Assembly: GCA_943787435.1 (NCBI GenBank)
Contig: CALSMK010000011.1
Location: forward strand, 3,813-67,812
Origin: an uncultured Flavobacteriales bacterium
GTDB lineage: Bacteria; Bacteroidota; Bacteroidia; Flavobacteriales_D; Sanyastnellaceae
DNA: 64,000 bases
Direction of reading: 5' to 3'
The translations under genes and the position numbers were made by a program. The notes below the pieces were generated by a model. The model made no database searches. It had not been told where the DNA came from and worked only from the letters and a program-made list of their open reading frames with translations. Shown here piece after piece: positions 58,156 to 64,000 of the stretch; position 1 is the first letter of the stretch; each line of letters starts with the position of its first letter.

Positions 58156-59058
58156 TCAGGGGCGCACCACCCGCACAAGTGAACCCGTGGGCAAGACTTG
58201 CCCTGTTCCGCTGTGCAGGCAGAGCTCTCCGGCTTCCATCTTGGCGTCGGGCAGGGCCGCCCTCCAGAAGTTCTCCAATGACGAGGGGCTGAGGCCAGAG
58301 TAGGTGTTCATGACCACAGAACCGCCTGGGGCCACGATTTGAGCCGCCGACTGAATCAGTTGACCTAGCTTCTCCTCCAGCTTCCACTTTTCGCCCTTCG
58401 GCCCGAGCCCCCATGAAGGCGGGTCCATGACCAGCATGTCGTATTGGTTGCCTCGCTTGAGCTCTCGTTCTACAAAACGCAATGCGTCCTCCACACACCA
58501 CCGAATGCCCTCCATACCGGACAGTTCCATGTTGATTCGGGTCCAGGTTACCACCTGTTTGATGGCGTCGACATGGGTCACGTCTGCCCCAGTTGATCGG
58601 GCCGCAAGAGAGGCGCCGCCGGTGTAGGCGAAGAGGTTCAACATGCGCTTTCCTGGCTTCAGACGGTCGGCGATCCATTGCCAATTGGCCGCCTGTTCAG
58701 GAAAAACCCCAACATGCTTGAACCTCGTGAATTCAAGGGAGAAGTGAAGGTTTTGGTCCGAAGAAATGGGGTAACGGATTTCCCAGCTGTCGGGCACACT
58801 TTGAAAGGGTTCCCAATGGCCTTTGGTCCTGCCGGTGGGCACGAATTGAGCGGCAGAAAGACGACGCCATTCCGATTCGGTCATCCCCCGGTCCCAAATG
58901 GCCTTGGGCTCAGGCCGAATCAGAACCAAGTCGCCAAACCGTTCAAGCCGGCTTCCACCGCCGCTGTCGAGCAGTTCGTGGTCATGCCATCCACCGGGGA
59001 ACCAACGGGTGAGGGTCAGGTCCGTGGAGGAAGGGGAAGCGGCGTTGGGTTTGGACAT
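58156..59058 (-). CDS. class I SAM-dependent (rRNA-type, RlmI/K-like) methyltransferase
   Basis: LNLFAYTGGASLAA and VMDPPSWG (DPP motif) are present. The ATG at 59058 was chosen. Confidence 0.75.
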   Translation of the reverse strand: MSKPNAASPSSTDLTLTRWFPGGWHDHELLDSGGGSRLERFGDLVLIRPEPKAIWDRGMTESEWRRLSAAQFVPTGRTKGHWEPFQSVPDSWEIRYPISSDQNLHFSLEFTRFKHVGVFPEQAANWQWIADRLKPGKRMLNLFAYTGGASLAARSTGADVTHVDAIKQVVTWTRINMELSGMEGIRWCVEDALRFVERELKRGNQYDMLVMDPPSWGLGPKGEKWKLEEKLGQLIQSAAQIVAPGGSVVMNTYSGLSPSSLENFWRAALPDAKMEAGELCLHSGTGQVLPTGSLVRVVRP

Positions 59059-59156
59059 GAGGGTGGGAAGTTCGCAATGGAACAGGCACAACCTTTCATT
59101 TTGGCCGTAGAATCCGCGATTTGACGGGCGAACTTGCTTTAAAATGAGGCAAGCCC

Positions 59157-61463
59157 ATGGCTGGTAAGCGCAAAGGAGAGGGGAAGAGAAAGTCCGGTGG
59201 CCGAAAGGGCCCAGATGGCAAAGGTGGATCTGCGGGACGCGGAGCCCGCAAAAAAGCCAGCGTGGATGTACCGGCTGGAAGCGGTCAGCGGCTGAGCGGA
59301 ACCAGTCGCTATCTCAATGATGTCATGGAGATTTTCCGCACGCTGCCCGGCCGACCGCTCAATGCGAGACAGGTGGCGAGCACCATGGGAATTTCGGACC
59401 GTGACATTCGAGACATGTTGCACATCCTCATGCGAGAACAGGTGGGCAAAGGAACCTTGGTAGAAGTCGGGCGTGGCCGTTTCATGATGCCAGGTCAAGA
59501 ATCGGATCAGAAGGACAGGAGGGGGCCAAAGAATCGCGGCCGCAAAGGACCACCGACCGGAGAGACAGTCACAGGCACCATCCAAATCACCAAGTATGGT
59601 AAGGGGTTTGTGAGTGTTCCGGGTCAAGATGACGACATCATGATTCCAAAGGGGCACACCGGCACTGCCTTTTGGGGAGACACGGTGGAGGTGGGGTGGA
59701 TGAAGCGCGGCCGAAAAGAGGTGCCATACGTGAGCGATGTGACCAAACGGGCCAGAAACCTCTACGTGGTCATGCTTCAGCCGGTCAAGGATTACGCCTT
59801 CGGCATTCCGACCGACAAGCGGCTTCATCGGGATTTTCTGATCCCGGCGAGGTTTCTCAACGACGCGCCATCAGACGTCAAAGTCGCTGTGCGACTCGAA
59901 GACTGGGCGTCGCCAGACGACCCTCCCATCGCTCAAGTGGTCGAAGTCCTTGGCGCACCTGGGGTCCACGAAGCGGAAATGCATGCGATTCTGCTCGAGT
60001 ATGGCCTGCCCTACCATTTTCCAGAAGAGGTGGAAGAGGAGGCCGAGGCCATGTCCAAAGAACTGGACCCAGCAGAGATCAAAAGGAGAAGGGACTTTCG
60101 GAAGGTCACCACGTTCACCATTGATCCAGAAGACGCCAAAGACTTTGATGATGCCCTGAGCGTTCAGCCTTTGAAGAACGGCAACTTGGAGGTGGGCGTT
60201 CACATCGCAGACGTGACCCACTACGTTCGCCCGGGTGGCCGGATTGAAGAAGAGGCCATTGAACGGGCCACCAGTGTTTACTTGGTAGACAGGACCATTC
60301 CGATGTTGCCAGAGGTGCTCTCCAACAACCTGTGTTCGCTTCGCCCGAATGAAGACCGGTATGCATTCAGCGCGGTGTTCGAATTGGACAAAGAGGGAGA
60401 AGTGGTCAAGGAGTGGTTTGGGCGAACCGTCATTCACTCAGACCGGCGATTCACCTATGCTGAGGCTCAGGAGCGATTGGAAACCGGCCAGGGAGACCTG
60501 GCCAAAGAGGTGCAACAGTTGAACGAATTGGCGCACAAGATGCGGGCGAGGCGATTCAAAGCAGGGGGCATCGACTTCGATACGGAAGAAGTCCGCTTCA
60601 GGCTGGACGACGAGGGGCGCCCTGTCGAGGTGCTGATCAAGCGCATGCTCGATGCCAACCGACTCATCGAGGACTACATGTTGCTGGCAAATGTTCGCGT
60701 GGCCAAATGGATTTCCGGGTGCAAAGGCCAGCGCCCGCCCGGGGGAGTTTATCGGATTCACGACTCACCAGACCCCACAAAACTGAAGGCGTTGCGCATG
60801 TTCGTGGCTCAATTCGGCTACAAAATGCCGGACACCGAGCCAGGGAAAGCGCACCGGGCAATCAGTCAATTGCTCAAGATGGCTGAGGGCAAATCCGAGG
60901 AGGGCATTGTGAAGCAAATGGCGATTCGGTCCATGGCCAAGGCAGAGTACAACACCGAGAACATTGGCCATTACGGCTTGGCGTTTGAGCATTACACCCA
61001 CTTCACGTCTCCGATTCGGAGGTACCCTGACATGATGGTACACCGGAGCTTGCAGCATTACCTAGACGGGGGTTCCAGCATCGACACAGCGGTGCTCGAC
61101 GGACCTTGTGCGCACAGCAGTGAACGCGAAAAGCGGGCCTCTGAGGCAGAACGTGCAAGCATCAAATACAAGCAGGTTGAGTTTTTGGGTGGCCGGATTG
61201 GCGATGAGTTCGACGGCGTGGTGAACGGTCTGTCGGGAAAAGCCGTTTACATCGAGCTCGAGGAGAACAAGTGTGAGGGATACGTGGACATCCGCGACAT
61301 TTCAACCGATCGATTCTCCATGGATTCAGAGCGGCAGTGTTTGGTGGGCCTGCACACAGGCCAAGAAATTCACATGGGTGCCGAGGTTCGGGTCCGGGTG
61401 GTTCGAGCCGATGTTCAGCGCCGTGAATTGGAATTTGAGTGGATGGGTTCCAACCCCACTTGA
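59157..61463 (+). CDS. rnr: ribonuclease R with a Lys/Arg/Gly-rich N-terminal tail
   Basis: RNB domain motifs (TIDPEDAKDFDDA, HYGLAFEHYTHFTSPIRRYPD) and a C-terminal S1 domain. Confidence 0.95.
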   Translation: MAGKRKGEGKRKSGGRKGPDGKGGSAGRGARKKASVDVPAGSGQRLSGTSRYLNDVMEIFRTLPGRPLNARQVASTMGISDRDIRDMLHILMREQVGKGTLVEVGRGRFMMPGQESDQKDRRGPKNRGRKGPPTGETVTGTIQITKYGKGFVSVPGQDDDIMIPKGHTGTAFWGDTVEVGWMKRGRKEVPYVSDVTKRARNLYVVMLQPVKDYAFGIPTDKRLHRDFLIPARFLNDAPSDVKVAVRLEDWASPDDPPIAQVVEVLGAPGVHEAEMHAILLEYGLPYHFPEEVEEEAEAMSKELDPAEIKRRRDFRKVTTFTIDPEDAKDFDDALSVQPLKNGNLEVGVHIADVTHYVRPGGRIEEEAIERATSVYLVDRTIPMLPEVLSNNLCSLRPNEDRYAFSAVFELDKEGEVVKEWFGRTVIHSDRRFTYAEAQERLETGQGDLAKEVQQLNELAHKMRARRFKAGGIDFDTEEVRFRLDDEGRPVEVLIKRMLDANRLIEDYMLLANVRVAKWISGCKGQRPPGGVYRIHDSPDPTKLKALRMFVAQFGYKMPDTEPGKAHRAISQLLKMAEGKSEEGIVKQMAIRSMAKAEYNTENIGHYGLAFEHYTHFTSPIRRYPDMMVHRSLQHYLDGGSSIDTAVLDGPCAHSSEREKRASEAERASIKYKQVEFLGGRIGDEFDGVVNGLSGKAVYIELEENKCEGYVDIRDISTDRFSMDSERQCLVGLHTGQEIHMGAEVRVRVVRADVQRRELEFEWMGSNPT

Positions 61464-61498
61464 AGTGTATTTTTGCTGAGCGCCACGGCGCTCAATAT

Positions 61499-61575
61499 GC
61501 GCTCTTAGCTCAGTTGGTTAGAGCAGGGGACTCATAATCCCTGGGTCGCGGGTTCAAGTCCTGCAGGGCGCACCA
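61499..61575 (+). tRNA. tRNA with CAT anticodon (elongator Met, or Ile2 if lysidinylated), CCA encoded
   Basis: Hand-folded: acceptor gcgctct/agggcgc, anticodon loop ctCATaa, T arm gcggg-ttcaagt-cctgc. The paired 1-72 position argues against an initiator. Confidence 0.9.
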
Positions 61576-61584
61576 TGGGCGAGC

Positions 61585-61722
61585 TCAACCGAGCATGCCC
61601 AACATGATGATCAGGTCGGACGTGGAAATGAGTCCGTCTCCGTTCAGGTCGTACATGGCGCTGGCCTTGGTGACCGGCTGCATGAAGAACGACAGCAAAT
61701 TCAATAAATCGCTCAAGGTCAT
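61585..61722 (-). CDS. doubtful 45-aa mini-ORF with an EF-hand/dockerin-type Ca-binding loop
   Basis: MTLSDLLNLLSFFMQPVTKASAMYDLNGDGLISTSDLIIMLGMLG. DLNGDGLISTSD fits D-x-N-x-D-G-x-I-x-x-x-D exactly. It lies in an AT-rich spacer. The longer 89-aa version starts at a TTG. Confidence 0.2.
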   Translation of the reverse strand: MTLSDLLNLLSFFMQPVTKASAMYDLNGDGLISTSDLIIMLGMLG

Positions 61723-61908
61723 GATCGAAATGTTTGGCCTTTTGAGAGGGAGGAGTCTGACGCGAAAAAGAACCCCTCTTTCTACCAGAATTACCCACAA
61801 AAGGAGTAAATAGTTAGACGAAGGCAAATATAATACAGATAAAGTGTAAAACAAAACGGGTGGAGAAAACCGGTCAACCGATGGTGTTTTGCTGAAAAAA
61901 CCTTCGGC

Positions 61909-61938
61909 TTGGACCCATGGAGTTCACACCTATCTTTG
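61909..61938 (+). promoter_or_regulatory. Bacteroidota-type promoter for tRNA-Val (TTG-N19-TATCTTTG)
   Basis: TTG at 61909-61911 and TATCTTTG at 61931-61938, 12 nt upstream of the tRNA. The -7 octamer is the same as upstream of tRNA-Asn. Confidence 0.5.
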
Positions 61939-61950
61939 TCCTCCCTTTTT

Positions 61951-62025
61951 GGGCAATTAGCTCAGTTGGTTCAGAGCGTTCGCCTCACACGCGAAAGGTC
62001 ACTGGTTCGAATCCAGTATTGCCCA
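61951..62025 (+). tRNA. tRNA-Val (anticodon CAC)
   Basis: Hand-folded: acceptor gggcaat/attgccc, anticodon stem ttcgc/gcgaa with loop ctCACac, T arm actgg-ttcgaat-ccagt. Confidence 0.95.
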
Positions 62026-62064
62026 CCCCCGCCCAAGGGGCCTTCCCCAAGGCCCCGGCCCCGC

Positions 62065-62089
62065 CCCCGAAAGGAGTCGGGGCTTTTTC
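62065..62089 (+). terminator. hairpin plus T tract after tRNA-Val (ccccga-aaggag-tcgggg-cttttt)
   Basis: Read directly. A second GC hairpin ggggcc-ttccccaa-ggcccc precedes it at 62037-62056. Confidence 0.5.
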
Positions 62090-62122
62090 TTGGAAGCGGC
62101 AGGGGGTGTTTCTTTGCCGTGC

Positions 62123-62197
62123 GGCCCCGTAGTTCAATGGATAGAATAAGCGTTTCCTAAACGTTTGATCCGAGTTCGATTCTCGGCGGGGCTACCA
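62123..62197 (+). tRNA. tRNA-Arg (anticodon CCT), CCA encoded
   Basis: Hand-folded: acceptor ggccccg/cggggct, anticodon stem agcgt/acgtt with loop ttCCTaa, T arm ccgag-ttcgatt-ctcgg. Confidence 0.93.
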
Positions 62198-62225
62198 TTG
62201 CAAACCAACACCAACCCAACCTCGA

Positions 62226-63533
62226 TTGTCCAACGCCAATTCTTCAAGACTCGATGGATCTTGGCGTCGCTTGTTGGGCGGCTCAAGCGCAGTTCTTTTG
62301 CTCAAGCTGTTGGGCGCTTTGGGCGGCTTTCTGTTTTCTCTTTGGGTGGCCCGCAAATTTGGAGATGCCGCATTGGGACGTGCGGAATTGTTTGTGCTGT
62401 GGGTCACCGTGGGTGCAACATTGCTGAGGGGTGGATGGGATGGTGCTGTCGTCAAGGCTTTTGGGGCTTGGACCACATCAGGACAAAGGGGCCGCGTTCG
62501 AAAAGCCTTCCACAAATGGACAGGCGCGATGTGCGCCATGGCCCTTCTGACAGGCCTGGGGACGTCGCCCGCGATGCAGATGCTGTCGTTGGAGTCGCCG
62601 TCCGAGTGGCTGGGCTGGGCAATGGGCGGTTGGCTGCTGATTGGGTGGTTGGCCGAGACTTTGCGTGGAACAGGTCACGTGGCCACATATGCCCTTTTTC
62701 AGCCTGGTTGGTGGATGCTCATGGCAGGAATGCTCATGGGCGCTGGATGGTCTGACCCGATATCAGCCTTGGGCATGGCCGCTGTGTTCATGGCCATTTT
62801 GGGGCTTGGCTTCACCACCGTGTGGTTTCGGAGGCGCTTTCCGTCTTCCGCAGAACCTCACCCAACAGAGGGTCCGGAAATCCGGATGGCTGAATTGGCC
62901 CTGCCCATTTGGTTGGGAGGGGTGCTGCACCTGGTTCTATCTTGGGCCGACACCGCTATGCTCGCCGTTTGGATGACCGATGCAGATGTGGCCCATTATC
63001 GCGCGGCTTTTCGCTTGGCGGCCTTGTTGACCTTCACCCAGTTCGCGGTCAATGCGCTGGGAGCGCCCACATTTGGCGCGTTGTATGCTGCAGGAGACTT
63101 CAAAGGGCTTCGGGATACCGTGCATAGAATCGGTTGGATGAACACCGCCGTGGTTTTGCCTGGCGCCCTGTTTCTGTGGCTGTCTGGTCCTTGGTTGCTG
63201 AGTTTCTGGGGTTCAACATTTGTGTCTCCGGCGGCCATTTCGGCACTGGAGATTTTGGCGGCGGGACAGGCGCTCAATGCCCTGTCGGGCCCAGTGATGT
63301 ATTTGCTCAACATGACTGGGGGTGAGCGGGTGGGCCTGCTGATATTGGGTGTTTCAGCGGTTTGCCAATTGACAGCGGGGTTCATTTGGATTCCGGAACA
63401 TGGCCTGGTCGGAGCGGCTTTGTCGGCTTCGTTTGGCATTGTGATTTGGAATGTGGTTTCTCTCATTTGGATTCGAAAAACACATGGATTTTGGATGGTA
63501 TCGTTGATGAACGGATGGTGGCGTCGAAACTGA
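62226..63533 (+). CDS. polysaccharide/oligosaccharide flippase (Wzx/PST, MOP superfamily-like) membrane protein
   Basis: 435 aa, polytopic with about 12 TM. The N-terminus LLKLLGALGGFLFSLWVARKFGDAALGRAELF resembles PST-family starts. The start is TTG, with no in-frame ATG for about 100 codons. Confidence 0.6.
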   Translation: MSNANSSRLDGSWRRLLGGSSAVLLLKLLGALGGFLFSLWVARKFGDAALGRAELFVLWVTVGATLLRGGWDGAVVKAFGAWTTSGQRGRVRKAFHKWTGAMCAMALLTGLGTSPAMQMLSLESPSEWLGWAMGGWLLIGWLAETLRGTGHVATYALFQPGWWMLMAGMLMGAGWSDPISALGMAAVFMAILGLGFTTVWFRRRFPSSAEPHPTEGPEIRMAELALPIWLGGVLHLVLSWADTAMLAVWMTDADVAHYRAAFRLAALLTFTQFAVNALGAPTFGALYAAGDFKGLRDTVHRIGWMNTAVVLPGALFLWLSGPWLLSFWGSTFVSPAAISALEILAAGQALNALSGPVMYLLNMTGGERVGLLILGVSAVCQLTAGFIWIPEHGLVGAALSASFGIVIWNVVSLIWIRKTHGFWMVSLMNGWWRRN

Positions 63534-64000
63534 ATTTCTTTTTGATCGGGGCGCCGAAGGCTGGCACCACTTTGATCCACGCGAGGATGTCTGGACACCC
63601 GCAGGTGTTTTTGAGTCCCCTCAAGGAGCCCAACCACCATGCGACAGACATCGATCCTGCGGTCTTTTCTAAGGCGTTCAAGGCGAACCTTCCCCCGGAT
63701 TTGGGCCTGTATTTTGATCAGAAGCCACTGGCTCCTCGACAAATTGGGTTCGTCCGCGACCCTGATGAATATGCGTCGCTTTTTGATGAGGCGACATCCG
63801 AGCATAGGGTGATTGGAGAGTGCAGTACTTCTTATTTGTGGTCCCAAGAGGCGGCATCCAACGTGGCCAAAGCACATCCGGAGGCGAAGATTTTGGTGGC
63901 CCTAAGGAACCCCGTGGAGCGCCTGTATTCGCATTGGCAAATGGCGCGCAAGTATGGATTCACCACCCTCCCTTTGATGGAGGCGGTGGCCCAGGATCAA
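63515..64000 (+). CDS. sulfotransferase family protein (partial, runs off the window end)
   Basis: My own translation from ATG 63515: MVASKLNFFLIGAPKAGTTLIHARMSGHPQVFLSPLKEPNHH...RNPVERLYSHW. GAPKAGTT is the PAPS 5'-phosphosulfate-binding loop. It overlaps the flippase end by 19 nt. Confidence 0.8.
   Translation, partial: MVASKLNFFLIGAPKAGTTLIHARMSGHPQVFLSPLKEPNHHATDIDPAVFSKAFKANLPPDLGLYFDQKPLAPRQIGFVRDPDEYASLFDEATSEHRVIGECSTSYLWSQEAASNVAKAHPEAKILVALRNPVERLYSHWQMARKYGFTTLPLMEAVAQDQ

Noticed and set aside
59139-59828. 229-aa ORF antisense to the rnr 5' end
   Set aside because: It is a shadow of the rnr N-terminal region. rnr is continuous and motif-supported.
61468-61493. TATTTTTG box plus gagcgc-cacg-gcgctc hairpin between rnr and tRNA-CAT as a promoter or terminator pair
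   Set aside because: The -7-like octamer has no TTG at a suitable spacing. The hairpin lacks a T tract and would lie within the predicted transcript start. This is too ambiguous to call.
61499-61575. Possibility that the CAT-anticodon tRNA is the initiator tRNA-fMet
   Set aside because: Positions 1 and 72 form a G-C pair, and the three G-C pairs in the anticodon stem are at 28-30 rather than 29-31. It is therefore an elongator Met or an Ile2 type.
62996-63877. 293-aa ORF antisense to the flippase and sulfotransferase
   Set aside because: It spans two independently supported + strand genes and has a basic, low-complexity translation.

Overview
This looks like a chromosomal segment of a moderately GC-rich Bacteroidota genome, probably Flavobacteriia-like. 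The assignment rests on gliding/T9SS genes (PorW/SprE, two PorP/SprF, three type-B-CTD cargo proteins, one type-A-CTD cargo), TTG-N19-21-TAnnTTTG promoter boxes, and a long-form LysRS. About 50 tightly packed CDS, many with 1-4 nt start/stop overlaps, are mostly housekeeping: mnmG, ybeY, lepA, rlmN, radA, rsmI, lysS, rnr, lipB, hemW, rpiB, miaE, kynA. There are four tRNAs: Asn-GTT, Met-CAT, Val-CAC and Arg-CCT. I found no transposase or integrase, no CRISPR array, no rRNA, and no recognisable defence genes, so no canonical island is visible. The candidates worth a second look are: (1) two back-to-back T9SS type-B cargo/PorP modules followed by an acidic orphan ORF (28.2-37.3 kb), plus a separate 1210-aa cargo with a NIDO-like domain and no PorP partner. 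(2) A 22-nt identical palindromic element placed directly after the stop codons of ybeY and mnmG, bracketing mnmG. (3) A DUF4175-like giant coiled-coil membrane protein, a partnerless RsbW-like kinase, ybeY and mnmG in one string. (4) A TlpA-type thiol-disulfide oxidoreductase gene split by a 1-nt frameshift, with an 8-nt x3 tandem repeat near its 5' end. (5) A tRNA cluster with an AT-rich spacer carrying an EF-hand/dockerin-like mini-ORF, followed with no promoter space by a flippase/sulfotransferase locus that runs off the window. All product calls come from motif recognition by eye. No database search was run.
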